NCBI RefSeq assembly: GCF_036971445.1 | Contig: NC_091476.1 | Location: forward strand, 7,812,001 to 7,876,000 | Direction: 5' to 3' | Origin: Narcine bancroftii | Lineage: Eukaryota | DNA length: 64,000 nucleotides | Shown here: in pieces, positions 50,438 to 64,000 of the stretch | How the letters are laid out: the number at the start of each line of letters is the position of its first letter | Position numbering within the stretch: position 1 is the first letter of the stretch | Translations under genes and position numbers: made by a program | Notes under the pieces: model-generated | Told to the model about the DNA's origin: nothing | The model's database searches: none | Seen by the model: only the letters and a program-made list of their open reading frames with translations

Positions 50438-53304
50438 TATAGGTAAATAAATCTTGCCAGGAATACAGCTGAAACAAAATGAATGTTACCCCTGTGCAGT
50501 AGCTTGAACTTTAGTGGCCTTGGAAAATAGATGCAGAGGGGGAAAGAGCTTCTGTCTTCGGTGCTTGTGTTAGCTTGAGTCAGGAAGTATTTTGGCTTCT
50601 GCCTGTGCTTTGTTTAAATCTGAGTGCTTAAAGTTTATAAAACAATGAAAAGTAGATGATAGTATTGTTATTTTATGTCTTAGTTTAAAAATCAAGTCAA
50701 AAGAAACCCAAGAGAACTGAATCATGAGATTAGAGAGGCATGGCAGGTGGTATGTTGTAGGTGCTTACATGTGGGTTTAATGAAGCTTAGAGAGATTCCC
50801 TTCAACTACATAGATGGACTGTCTGCTTTTTGAGGAACTTCCCTTTCAGTGCAAGTTCAGATTCAGTGAAGGGTTGAACAGTTTGATCCATGAACCACTC
50901 AAACCCATTCGATCTTTCTTGGTCAAAGCCAGAAGGATATGATGATGAATCAGGCAGGTATTTAAGTTCAACGTGCAGAAAGACTTCTTCTTTCACCTTG
51001 TCCAACTTACTGCTGGTACAGTAAATTATACAGTGCCAAATACAAAATGGCGGCCACCAAGGCCAGGTCTAGCAACACCTCCTTGACACCATTTTGATCA
51101 GCTCCGGCACCTAAAAATTTACCACTGCACCCTGGAAATCAGCAACAAATGTAGAACTAAGAAAGAGATTCTGTGCAGCAAATGAAGAGACTAGGACACA
51201 AATAAACAAACAGAACCCACAGAGGTTATCACTTCTCGATAGAGAATTGAGCTAAGCGCAAATCAGCACTGGGGGTCTAACAGGTCAGAGATATAAATGT
51301 CTGACTTAAAGACTGGCAATTAAGAAAGGAGTGTTGACACACGGAGGAACTTGAGGAGGTGGGTGGGAAGCACGGAGTCCTTCTCATTTTCAGGCTGCTT
51401 GATGTTTGGAACAGTTAGGATGATAGACACCAATAATGTCGGATGATGGTAGTCAGAAAACACATTGACTGAGAAAATTGTAGAATCCGTTTGGAGATTG
51501 ATGAGGAATAACAAGGGTGTGAGTAGTTTGTTGTATTTTCAGGATAGCTATGTAATAGGACGGACTATTAATCAAGTAATAATAAGGGATTGAAACCAAA
51601 GTAATAATGTAACATTTTCTTCTTTGCGCAGACTAGGTAAATCTAGTCAGCAAAGACAGTCCAGAGGACATATTCATGGGCAACATTTAAAACCGTTAAC
51701 TCGGACAATAAGTTCAGAACCTAAATAGACCTGGACTCGTATACCAAAACATGAATCATTTGTGAACTAATTTCAAAGCATCATCTGAAATGAGTTATCA
51801 TAATAAAAAGAATGTTATATTCAGTTGGAAAACAACAAACAAAAAAGGCTAACGCTAGAGGCCTGCACCCAAGCAAAGACGATTACAAAGATACAAGGGC
51901 AAGTTGAGTAGATGAGAACATCAGAGGTAGGACTATGGATAAGTAGTGGTTGGCATACTGTATAAATAAATATTTTGCAATTCTAAATGAACATAAAATT
52001 CCACTGAAATTATCCATTTTACCATTTTGGAAAGACAAATAAGGATGGGATAGACCTATAAATAAAAAAGAGACTAGATCTATAAAAACAGATAGTAATA
52101 TCTTGCGCAAATATGCAAGGATGAAAAGAGTATTGGGAGTAAACATTAGTCCAATAGGAGATCAGACCGAAGAATTAATAATGATAAATAGGAAATAGAG
52201 GACATTTCTATTTGTCCACACAAAAGAGTAGATAACCAAGGGGCAAGAGAAAATACAGAACTCTAATTAATTAATTCATATTAGAAAAACATATGTAGGC
52301 AAACTCTCTCTCTCCTACAAAGGTTGCATGCATTTGGCTTTTAACAACCTTTTTTAATCAGCAAACATTTCATGAGATCTTTCCTTAAATGTTGTGCATA
52401 CATTATAACTTCACAGGAAGAACAAGATTTGCAATAGAAGTTCCCATTGCCACTTTCCCATTATGGTCTGCTGCTCATTCACAGTTACGCTGAACACAAA
52501 GAGGAAGGCATGGCTCATGGATTTTAAAAACTATGCCTCAGGGAAGGACAATTGAACCTAATGCCTATATCACTTCCAACATGTTTTTATTATCCATTTT
52601 CCCACTGCCAGGGGCCAAACAGGTGCAACGATTCCTTAGCAGATATAAGATTATTAAGAATGCTTTTCAACTATATTAGCACATGTTCAAGGACAACTGA
52701 ATGACACTTTGCTGCTGTAGAAACTTATTAAAGGATGGGTGAAACAAAATTGTTTTGAAGCCCACAAATTATAGTTATTATCACTGTTTTCTACAAACTG
52801 CTGCTTTGGCCCAATGCACAGTAATTTTCAGAAAACTACATCAAAGAAAGGGCCCTAGCTATTTTATATAACAGACAGAAATAATTATTTCCTGGCCTGT
52901 AGCCCCTCAGGGACAAACTGAGGGCTTGGTCTTATTGTTCAGTGTGTGATATGGACCAAAGGACGTGTTTCAAATGTCAGTGCGACTGATACGGATGACG
53001 GAGTGACAGGTCGGTTGCAAGAAGAGTTTGAGTGGACGGACACAGTGGCAAGACATTGAATCTCACTTTACTGTGGGGTGTTTAGACATTGCTGCAATTT
53101 GTGCTCATGTCGGGAAAGGTCCCACTTGAAACAAAAGTATAATTAGCCAAAAGGACATTTAAAGCAAGTATTCATTAGATCCAGGAAGATTCGCCAGAAG
53201 AGAACTTGGTTAATTCCCAACGGGACCACAATTTGCTGCATAACTATAGAAAACTAATCAACTCGCAGCAGGTACAAATACTGCCAAAGAATTTTAAATG
53301 TTTA

Positions 53305-53535
53305 AATTTAGACATGCAGCATGGTAACAAGTTGTTCCGGCCAACGAGCCCGTGCTGCCAGATTACATTCAACTGGCCTACAACCCCTGAACCTTTTTGA
53401 AGGGTGGGAGGATACAGGAGAACACAGAGGAAGCCATGCAGATATGGGAGAATTCACAAACCCCTCACAGACAGCACTGGATTCAAACCTCGGTTGTTGG
53501 TGCTTAACAGGGAATCACTAAACCACTATGCCTAT
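53305..53535 (-). mobile_element. HE1/V-SINE-like SINE
   Basis: Reverse of the 30032 copy. Confidence 0.75.
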
Positions 53536-53734
53536 GCCATGAGAAGAGAGGGAGAGGCTGCTGTGGAGAAGGACAGAGCACCCAGATTCACATAATGTGA
53601 ACTTTGGTCCTGATTCTGGAGATGGAGTTCAGGATCTCTTAATGAAGGGGACAAGGCTGCTGGTTCAGGAGGTTGGGGTTTGAGGAAATTTATGACAGGA
53701 AATGCTGTTAAGAGAGTCTGGTGGCAGTCAGTAA

Positions 53735-54971
53735 TGTTAAGAGCCCAAAGTCCCCAAAACCCAGCAGCAATAGACAGTCACCAAGACTAGTAGTTACTTA
53801 AACAAAAGCTGTTTTTAATCATCTTTAAACATGAAAACAGAATCAAACTTTAACTTATCTCTATTAACTTAACTCGTGTATGTAATGTGTGTGTAAATTT
53901 AAGAAAAGTTCTTTGGTTCACAGTTCCATCTCACTTTTCATTCTTCCAAGTTCTCTGGTTGCAGGCAATTCTTATCTCTTCCTTGGCTTGGCTTCACGGA
54001 CAAAGATTTATGGAGGGGTAATGTCCACGTCAGCTGCAGGCTCGTTGGTGGCTGACAAATCCGATGCGGGACAGGCAGACACGGTTGCAGGGGAAAATTG
54101 GTGGGTTGGGGTTGGGTGTTGGGTTTTTCCTCCTTTGTCTTTTGTCAGTGAGGTGGGCTCTGCGGTCTTCTTCAAAGGAGGTTGCTGCCTGCCGAACTGT
54201 GAGGCGCCAAGATGCATGGTTTGAGGCGATATCAGCCCACTGGCGGTGGTCAATGTGGCAGGCACCAAGAGATTTCTTTAGGCAGTCCTTGTACCTCTTC
54301 TTTGGTGCACCTCTGTCTCGGTGACCAGTTTCTTATACTGTGCACGGAATTTAACATATATAAAGTTCACCAGGCTTTGGTGCTCAAGAGGTAAATGTTT
54401 ACCACTCAGGAAGGTCCTCATAGGGTTTGCAGAGAGTGATTTGTTCCGGGATTTCCAAAACTGAGGTACCACCATTAGTCGCCTCAATTCCAAGAGAAAC
54501 ATCAGACAGATAGCACTTCCAGCCATCTGCCACTCTGGAGTTTTCTGTTTCAGTTCCAACCAGCTTCTTGGCTTGCACTGTTCATCTTTCCCTCTCATAT
54601 CAACTGTCAGAAAGCCCATGTGACTCTCTCACTTGCAAAACCCCTGACCTTCTCCAGCAAACAATAGGAGTTGGTCTTCTTGGTCAAGCTGTTTTCTTCA
54701 GGTAAACAAAAACCCAGGAATGACCTTTCTATGCACTCTGTCTACCCCCTTGCAAAGAACTCTTAACAGCCAGAGTGTTTCCTGCTTGTTGCTTAAATGA
54801 CATCATTTCAATTAGCACCTACTTGTGAAATGTGCACAGCATTCTCCATAGTTTCTGTAAAGTTACTGAATATAAATTCTTCAATATTTCAAATATGATC
54901 TGTTTTAAAATGTGTGTATGTATGTCACCTACTCTAATTTTACCAATGTATCTCCCAAATATTCCATTACA
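53735..54971 (-). mobile_element. Long solo LTR (about 880 bp net) with nested RTE
   Basis: TGTTAA...TTACA termini; ATTAAA on the minus strand near 53815; no coding capacity; TSD not clear. Confidence 0.6.
53976..54329 (-). mobile_element. RTE-clade LINE (AviRTE-like) 3' fragment, 7-bp TSD
   Basis: Matches 32805-33165; TSD TTCTTAT at 53969-53975 and 54330-54336. Confidence 0.92.
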
Positions 54972-57485
54972 GTGGGAATAAAGTTAGTCAAGCGTGAGAG
55001 TCCAAAAAGTATGGATCATCGCTAGAAAAAATACCATGGTCACATGAGTAATGTCAAGGTGAAGTCTTGACCAAATAAATACTGCTTTTAAAATTAACAC
55101 CCATGCAGACAAATGACTAATCGCACAAAATGTTACGCACTCCCCAGCCTCATTCCAATGCTGTCATTCTATCCTCTCCACCATCCAGAAAGAACCTTCC
55201 ATGTGACAATAATAAAATTAAATTACTACCTGTTCTTCAGAACCTTCATTTAGGCTAAGGAAGTGAGGAATAGGAAGGAGATTATGCACAGAACTGTCCC
55301 TCACTGGTGCTGTGCCTATCAGTGTTAGAAAGTATGAATGACACAGAAGGGGGAACTGAGCCTTGAGTTGTCTCGAATGCAAGTCTGCCCGATATGTTCT
55401 TTTCAATCTGGTCAACAGTAGCCACCCTCAATGCCTTCTGTTGTTGCATCATAAAAGTGAATTTTACAAAGAAACTCCTCGTTGCTTTGTCTTTTCAGAA
55501 TATTGGAACAGGCCACTTGTTCTCACTGCCCTGAAAAGGAAGTTAAGGAGTAGGAAGGGACACCGGAGGGAAATAATGACAATATAACAGTGTTAAGTAC
55601 AGTTTATCACTTTTTCTGATACCTTGGAATATCAGAGGATATAATGGGGCTAAGATTAGTGTCACGGGAAGATGGATACGCCAGGCACAGGCAGACTTCA
55701 GTGTGGCACCAAAGGTGGAGAATCTGCTGCAGGTTCTCACTGGTGGATGAGATTTGTGTACCCAAAATGTCACAGACAGCCATGCTTGGGCTGGTATCAG
55801 ACAAGGGTGATGTGGATCCAGGGCAAGGTGGCTTGCACATTGTCAAATTTGCTTCATCAATTGCAAAAGGTGACCTGGACCATGAAGAATCCGTTCCCAA
55901 TCTCTTGCAGGGAGGTAGTTGGATATTTTTTGCAACTTTTTACAGGGGATCAGCAGCACTCTGTCACAAGGCACCTTCTAGCTGAGGTGGCAGATGGAGC
56001 ATAAACCATCTTGCTGCTTCTATGCAGTCTTATCTTGATCAGGCTAGTTTTTGCCACACAGGAGAGGCTTGAATGAACAATGAGGAGCTTTGTGTACTTG
56101 TTTTCAGCAGTGAGATGCCATTAAAGAGCAATTTGCTGTTCGTATTGGACAAGGGGAAGCTTGCTGTGATGCTTCATTGTGCACAGGTAAATGACACAAA
56201 TGAGGCAGCTGCTAGCATTCATTGCTGAGAAACATTGCCAATGAGGTCACCGCTGAAGCACCTATGGAATGTGCATGTCATCGCTAAATCAGGAGAAAGA
56301 ACCGCCAAGAATTTTTGTACAACCTGTGGGCTTTGAAGATTCCGAAAGCACCTCCAGTGAGTTGTGAGACTGCTCACTCTGAGATCCTGGTGCCAGCAAA
56401 ATGTCCCTTTAAATGGGGGAGGAAATCAATGAAGTGATTCATTGTTCTCCCAGTTGTTCTGAGACAGTGCTGGTTGCACCTTTGTGAGGTAGGTAATGGG
56501 CATTCCAGGTAAAGTGACGTTATTTAGAGTTGAGCTGACATTGGGAAAAAATATTAGACGTGCCAACATGAATCGCTCACAGAAGTGCCTAGTCCAGAAT
56601 TTTGTTGTGGACAATTTATTTTGAGTCGATTTTCATGCTATTTGTACATTTTAAAAAATTCATCCTGTTCCTCGACTGGTATTTCAGGCTTGATATATAG
56701 ACAGATGCAAAAAATAAGTAGCAAAAGGGAAGAATAATTCAATCCACTGAATTGAAAATATACTCTTCCCCTTGTGCAAGGTTGAAAGCATTGAACAACT
56801 ATAAATCAGTAGCTGGTACGCACCACGTTAGTTACAGTTAAATGCTTCTGTCAAAATGCATGCTGCCACTGAAACTTGGCAGGAATTCACATCTAGTCTT
56901 TGGCATATTACCGCACATCCAAGGTCTGATAAAGTTTTTCCCTCAACCCCACCCATTTATAACTTGTTTCTTGAAGTTAGTCCAGTCTTTATTTCCGTAG
57001 GAGTTAAAAGTCAAGGTAATTCAAAGGAATACTACAATTTTGAGCTAATGGATCATGTTAATTATTGTCATGCCTCATGAAAGATTTTGTTTTAACACTG
57101 ATTTTCCATTTTATTTAAAATAAATATCCTGTGGCATATTATTACTCTAAGCTCACTCCTGTGTTCAATTATATTTTACATGACTGAACAAGTCATCGTG
57201 CAAAAGCTTTCACTTCTTCCCAAAAGAAATTAATTCTAAACTCTTGGTCCACACCACCCCAAAATATAATGTGATTAATTCTGATACTTTGCTGTCAAAG
57301 CTAAGCCTGGTTCATTCATACTGCTTTGTATTTGCATAGAAAAACAAGCACAATGAAGTTTGGCGTCTTCAAGACAAATTAATTTCAATACTTGGATTGA
57401 AGTGAAAGATGAGTTCCTATAATTCTGCCACATCATCATACTGTTGAGCTTTCTACCTTATTTAATTTAGGTGTGGTAGTCTTAT

Positions 57486-57886
57486 CCGTAGATTGTCACC
57501 TTGTTGTGGTGGAGAAGCTTGTGTGATCCTGAGAGCGATGCCGTCTGGAGCTATGCTCCTGGTAGGGCCACCTGTGGCGGTAAGGATGAGGAGAGGTCCC
57601 TGACAAAGAACAATCCAACCAAGACCTCAACAGTGGAACAGGGAAATGAAGTTACTCTGCACTCAAAAGCTGTGAAGGCAGACGAAGGCTGCAACAAATC
57701 CGTCTGCTCCAATCCTCGTGGTTTCCATACCATTGGAATTAGTTGGTTGATTTGTGAAGCATCGTGTGCTTCTTGGAGTACAACGTCAAGTCCATGTTAA
57801 ACAAATACATGCACAATTGTCTTTGCTGTGTGGAAAATGGAATGAAGTCCATCATCTTCAACCCCGAGGGATAGCCATGATAATGA
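57486..57886 (+). mobile_element. Non-autonomous bipartite RTE-derived element (5' UTR-like head plus 3' tail)
   Basis: Head gtcaccttgttgtggtggagaagcttgtgtg...gagctatg resembles Rex3/BovB 5' UTRs; tail atcttcaaccccgagggatagccatgataatga; TSD GTAGTCTT at 57476-57483 and 57887-57894. Confidence 0.7.
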
Positions 57887-59869
57887 GTAGTCTTGTTATT
57901 AAGTCGGTTTGATGGTGGTGACAGCACGGCAAATAATCGGTATTATTACTGAGTTTGGTGCAACATGTGGAACTACTTTCCAAGAGGTGTTAGATACATA
58001 TTATCCTTTATTGAAACACCCAATTTGAACTGAATCGTAATGACAGGTTCAGCAACAAAGTCCAACACTATTGACTTATCTGACACAATTCATTCATTTT
58101 CATTGCTATCATGTCATAATAATGCAAACAATATATTTTCCACATGGTTGCACTGTTAAACTGAAATGAGGCAGGCATACGCTCTAAAGGTTGCAGTCAC
58201 TTTTGGGTTCACTAATCTTACTCTCTCAGTACATGGATTGCTTGAGACTTACTAATACAGCAGCATTAAGAATAAACTGTTTCAAAGACAAAGCACAATG
58301 CAGAATGTAATTTGAAGAAAAATTATGTGAAGCTCACTTGAATAAGGTAAATCCCACGACTTGCAAAAATGTCGCACCCTGGACGCTGGTACTGTAACAG
58401 CATTGTGCAAACTGCTACACTAACCATTCCACCATCATAATTAAGCCCCCCCCCACTCCACAAAGTTTATTGAAAAAGCCTTACTAATACATTTACTTAT
58501 ATACTAAGAAAAACTTTTACTAAGCAGGGTTAAGAGAGTCACCCTAACGGCGAGTGGCATCAACCAGCTCTTCATCCTGGGTGACACCATTAAACACAAC
58601 TTTATTCGAACAGCAGCTACAAGCAAAGCCCTTCACAGATATTTGCTCCCATCTTCACCAAAGGTTAATGTGTTACTTCAGAAAACATTTACAATTTTAA
58701 ACTTTAAAAGAAAAAATCTTCAATTTATTTATATATTTCCTTTGCTCTTTTTTTTAATCCGTTGCTTGCAGTTTCCGGTTGCTTGAATTCTGGATAACAG
58801 TTTCACTCTAATTATCTTCAGAATTATTAGACTCAGAAAAGCCTAATTCACCACTCCACACCTAATCATTCTCTAACAATTTTTTAATGGCTGGGATCTG
58901 TATATAGAGATTGTTAAATTTCTTCAGTCAAATAAAAAATGAAAGAACATAATTGAAACACATATCTGAACATAGTTACTCAGATGAAAGGTGGAAACAC
59001 ACTGAGATAGAACTCAACACTTTCAAATGAGGGGAAAATGGCATGATGGACTAAGGAAAGGGAGTATTAATCACATGGAGTTCTGCAGCTGAGTGGAGCT
59101 GGGGATTGGCCAGTGGAGCTTGTCCAGCAATTTTAGGATTTCTGCTTTCATGTGGAAATCCTGAATGTGCTGGCACTTGTGGGTGAACGTCAGCAATATT
59201 CCTCTGAAAATAACAGTTTTTACTGATGTGACGGAAAGCAGTATTACTCCCTATAAATTGCAGCAGCGTTTATCTTGCATAATCTAAAACTTTACCCAGT
59301 GGATGAGCAAGGTTGAAAGGAAAGCATTGAAATTCTTCCAATGTTCTGCTTGATTTAATTGTTATATAGGTGTTGTACTGTATGTGATTGGCTTGGGTGA
59401 CACACACACTTCAGGCAAAACAAGGCCTTGAAAGGATTGTAGAACATGGGGTCAGAGGAGATCAACAAGATCTGCAGTGATTTTTTTTGTATAGGGCAGT
59501 GATAACTCACAAGCAGTGAGTTAAGTTTAAATCAGGTTAAACTTGGGAAATTGTTGGAATTGATGTGAAACAATGATTCTTATTGACAGAATGGATTTTC
59601 TTGTGGTATGGGTGGAGTGAGAGATGTTGGTCTCATGGTGGTGGATGAAAAATTGAAAGGTCAGCTAAATCTTGAGAAGAAAGTATCCCTTGAGTCTATT
59701 CATTAGGAGAACACAGAAGCCCCGTACAAACAGCAGAAGCAGTGTGCCCTTTCCCGAACTCCCCACCTATCACCCATTCCATGATGCATTACCTGCCTCT
59801 ACAAGTGGCAGTGCCTGAAGGTCCCATGTGGACCTGATCAGCCAACTCAGAACCAGAGTCATGCTTTTC

Positions 59870-60260
59870 TTTCAATTTCAGATTTTTGTCAGAATACATA
59901 CATCACATAGAACCCTTAGATTCTTCTTTCTGTGGACAAGGCAGAATTACCACTTATTGGCAGTGCAAACAAGCTGTATTCAACATACACATGTAAAAAA
60001 AAAAATAAAGAAATGCAAAATGTGCAATACAGAGAGCAAAAGAAAATCTGTAAACTGCAAAAGAAAGAGTCCTTAAATGAGTTCCTGATCAAGTTTATGT
60101 TGAGGAGTCTAATGGTGGAGGGTAGCAGCTCCTGAAGCTGATGGTACAAGTCTTGTGGCACCTAGACCTTTCCTGATGGTTGGAGGGCTGGATGTTGTGG
60201 GTCCTTGATGACTGCTGCTGCTCTCCATTGTGTTCTCTGTAGATGTTCTTGATCACGAGG
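59870..60260 (-). mobile_element. Rex1/Babar-type LINE 3' end
   Basis: Reverse match to 5420-5835. Confidence 0.8.
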
Positions 60261-61859
60261 ATCTGGCTAAGAAGAACCATGAAGTATTACAGGTCAGAAA
60301 ACAGTTACAGCATACAGGACTATTTAAACAAAATATAAAACTTTGTTTCAGAGGTTGGCATAATCATATTTATGTCCTTGCCAAGTAAGGCCCAACCATT
60401 TCACAGCATCATTAACCTTGTAGGTAAAAGCAGTATTCTCACTTTCAACTATGCAGCCTTGTCTTTGATAGTCAGACTTGCCATTGAAAAGCAGTTGATA
60501 AAACAATCTGGATGGAATAGTGTAGAACCTGGTATCCTTGATGATGACAAATAGAATATTAGATTTTTTTTGTAAGCATTCATAGCACATTTTCAATCAC
60601 ATAGCAAAGTTAAATCAGTGCTGATATGCTAAATATTAATTTATTAATAACAAATTATTTAGATGTTTAGCATCATAATTCTAAAATTGGTCAAAAATAA
60701 ATGTTTGACATTTTGTGAGTTTAAATGCTGTTGAAAAGGTTCAATTCCTGTAAATCTTGGAAAATAATCTAATTGAAGGTTAATTACACATTGAAACAAC
60801 AACTTCCTCCCAAATTATCTTTGTGTCTTTGGAATATTCCCTTTTCCAGAGCCCAATAATGATACTTTTGCTACCTTATATTTTCTCTTTATGTTGCAAG
60901 CTTTGGCAATGTTAATGTTCATGATTAATTTCAGGAAACCATTATCCAAAACTTCAATTATTCAAGGTGTTGCACAGGGAATTAAACAGCTTGTCTGGAA
61001 TGCTATTTGACTTTTATACACATTGAAATGCATGCATTTTATGCCAGGCTACATTTGAACAGTTGCTACGCAAACAAAGGTATAACTGGTGTGATGACAT
61101 CTTCACTCTGAAACATTCCTACTTTAACAACCAACCAGTTTTAACACATGTTGATCCTTTAACACCTTCACCTCCAGCACTGTTAAGAGGGAGCAGAAAA
61201 AATGTCCCCACCACAACGCCATTCAACAAAGACGTCTGTTGACGCCTGGATATTTTACAAAAGACATCAAACAACTGTTCTTCTCCAGAAACAAGATCAA
61301 AGGATTCTCTTGTTAGCTGTGAGTATCCTTACCTCCTAGATATATCTGCAATTTGATGTGGTCAGATTTTAAAAATAATTTTGGTTCACGGAAGTAATCT
61401 CTTTATTATTGGCTCATTTTGATTTATTCAATGAAAAGCATTCGTTTTATTTGCTAGATTTTATCGGACGGTCAAACTTTGGAGGAATGGGATCAAGGTG
61501 TTAAGTTCAAATTCAACATCTTGTTGGTTGGAGGAATGTACGAACTAGATGAGGATGAGATTCAGTCCTTGTGTTTACCTGTCTGTCGAGTGGCTTGTCT
61601 TTTACTTCAGTGCCAACTCCATACTCCTTGATTTATTCAACTTCCAAGTACCTGTTGATCTTTGTCTTGAGTATTCTCAGCAAGTGTGCTGCCACAGTCC
61701 TCTTAGTTAGAGAATTTCAAATATTCCCCTCCTCTCTGCTGAAGAAACCTTCTTATTTATGTCCACTTTGTCTGATCCCTTGCTTCTGTGTGTGACCCTA
61801 GTTACTTGGGCCAAGGGAAAAATCTTCCTATACATAGCCCTGCAGGAATATTATACATT

Positions 61860-62390
61860 TAAAAGTTCAAATTTATTGTCAGAGTACATGCATGACATTA
61901 AATACAACCTTGAAATTCTTTTTCCTGTGGGCCAGGCAGATTTATACTTAGCAGTAACTAAACTGTACTCAAGAGGAAAGCTACCTATACAAAGGCGAGA
62001 AATGAAAGCAAAGAAAGAGGTGTAAACAATGCAATACAGAAAAAAGAAACATTTAGTCATAAATAATGTGCAAAGTAAGAATCCTTAAATGAGTGCCCGA
62101 TTGAGTTTGTCGTTGAGGAGTCTGATGTTGGAGGAGAGGGGTAGCAGTTCTTCCTGAACCTAGTGACATACCTCTTTCCTGATGGCAGCGAGAACAGATT
62201 GGGTCCTGCATGGTGTGGATCCTTGATTGCCGCTGCAGTCCAGCGGCAGAGTTCCATGTAGATTTTCTCAACGGTGAGAAGAGTTTTGCCTGCGATGTAC
62301 TGGCCTATGTCTACTACATTTTGCAGAGCTTTCCGCTGAGGGGTGTAGGTGCCCCCATACGAGAGTGAGATGCAGCCAGTCAGCACATAA
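61860..62390 (-). mobile_element. Rex1/Babar-type LINE 3' end
   Basis: VLTGCISLSYGGTYTPQRKALQNVVDIGQYIAGKTL...AIKDPHH...FSLPSGKRY. Confidence 0.85.
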
Positions 62391-62731
62391 TGGGAATCGA
62401 TGGGATCACCTCTCATTTGCTAAATTCAGTCTGCATGCCTCTCCTCATTTAACAAATCTTAGAATGTTTCAATGAAAAGATGAGATTGTGAGCAGGAAGA
62501 ATAATATAGAGATGTTTCAAAAAGATAGAGAAAAATTAGGTCTAATTAGACAAATTAGGAAAATGGCAGATGGGATATAATGTAGGAAAATGGGATTATT
62601 CATTTTTTTAAATTGTGAGGACTTGCATTCTGGTGTGAAAGAATGACAGCCCCGTTTCTCCTACTGATGCTGTTTGGCCCATTGAGTTCCTCCAGCAGAT
62701 TGTGTTTGCTGAGGGAATGGGCAATATTAAT

Positions 62732-63385
62732 AGAATCAGAGAACCATGAAACATTACAGCACAGAAAACAGGCCTTTTGGCCCTTCTAGTCTGTAACAAA
62801 CTATTATCCTGCCTAGTCCCACTGACCTGCATCTAGTCCATAACCCTCCATCCCCCTCCCATTCATGTACCTGTCTAAATATTTTTTTAATGTTAGCCTG
62901 CAGCCCACATTCAGTGTGCAGCTCTTTCCACACTCCCACCACCCTCAGCGTGAAGAAGTTCCCTCTCATGTTCCCCCTAAACTTTTCCCCTTTCAATCCA
63001 TATCCTCCAGTTTGTATCTCACCTACGCTTAGTGGAAAAAGCCCACCTACATTTACTCTATACCCCTCAAAATATTGTATACCTCTCTCAAATCTCCTTT
63101 CATTCTTACTCACTCCAGGGAATAAAATCCTAACCTGTTTAACTTTTCCTTGTAACTCAATTCCTCAAGTCCCAGCAAAATCCTAGTAAATCTTCTCTGC
63201 ACTCTTTCAATCTTACTGATATTTTTCTTGTAGTTAGGTGACCAAAACTGCACGCAATACTCTAAATATGGCCTCACCAATGTCATTACAACTTTACCAT
63301 AACATTCCCAATTCCTATACTCAATACTTTGATTTATGAAGGCCAATGTGCCAAAAGCTCTTTTTATAACCCTATCCACTTGTGA
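62732..63385 (-). mobile_element. CR1 3' fragment
   Basis: DRVIKRAFGTLAFINQSIEYR...LEYCVQFWSPNYKK...GNFFTLRVVGVW. Confidence 0.9.
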
Positions 63386-63419
63386 TGTTTAAAGGTACCT
63401 AGTTGCCATTTTACTCGTC

Positions 63420-63790
63420 AGCAAGCAATTAGGAAGAAAAAATGGTTTTATTGGTCTCTACTATGAGAGGATTTGGGTACAGAAGTAAAGTGAGAATGCA
63501 TCTGGAGTTTGTCACAGTTCTGAACTTGCCATAGAGGAACTGCAGCAAAGAATGACTCGTCTGGTTTCTGGCATGATGAGTTTGTTATACAAGAAGCAAT
63601 TGAGTAAACTGAGCCTGCATTCATTAGAATTTATTGAAATGAGATGATCTCACTGAAATTTACAAATCTCTTTTAGGGATTGAGCGAGTTGAAATTTCCA
63701 TCGGCTGACGAGGCTAGAACCAGGGTCACAGTTTCCAAATAAGGAATAAATCATTTAGAACTAGAGGATGAGAAACTTCGTTTACTGTTG
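63420..63790 (+). mobile_element. Very old CR1 fragment
   Basis: Degenerate tgcagcaaagaatgactcgtctgg, ggctagaaccagggtcacagttt and gatgagaaacttc motifs. Confidence 0.5.
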
Positions 63791-64000
63791 CAGTGACAGA
63801 GCAGACCAGTGAACATCTTGCACCTATATAGTACAAGTAAGACACAGTGCAAAATTGGTGACTTACAGAGAGAGATCAAGTGGAATGAAGTAAAGGCAAT
63901 AAATTTTTTCTATTTTGAGATTAATTCAGGAGTTTGATAATGGCAGGGACAAAACTGTCCATGAATCTGCTGGTGCGTGTGAATCTTCTGCCTGATAGGA

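Noticed and set aside
1-64000. CRISPR array, operon or other prokaryotic system
   Set aside because: No regularly spaced repeats and no dense long ORFs; the sequence is vertebrate repeat-rich DNA.

Overview
Vertebrate nuclear DNA, not prokaryotic. The repeat complement (HE1/V-SINE-type SINEs sharing 3' tails with CR1/HER1-type LINEs, Rex1/Babar LINEs, Penelope-like elements, Tx1 and L1) points to an elasmobranch (shark or ray); this is inferred from remembered family features, with no search run. I recognise no host protein-coding exon, so the window reads as a large intron or intergenic tract, roughly half decayed transposons, with one 149-N gap. Every ORF I can recognise in the track is a transposon fragment. 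The most notable observations are: (1) five young, near-identical copies of an AviRTE-like RTE LINE, a horizontal-transfer candidate; (2) three apparent double-strand-break repair scars at 18.1-19.0 kb, including a (TTAGGG)n tract that replaces sequence inside one of two sister solo LTRs, plus a fourth scar at 40.1 kb; (3) hammerhead-ribozyme-like motifs in Penelope termini; (4) a TSD-bounded bipartite non-autonomous RTE; (5) weak splice-signal candidates. Boundaries of old repeats are approximate. TSD-defined boundaries were counted from the sequence.
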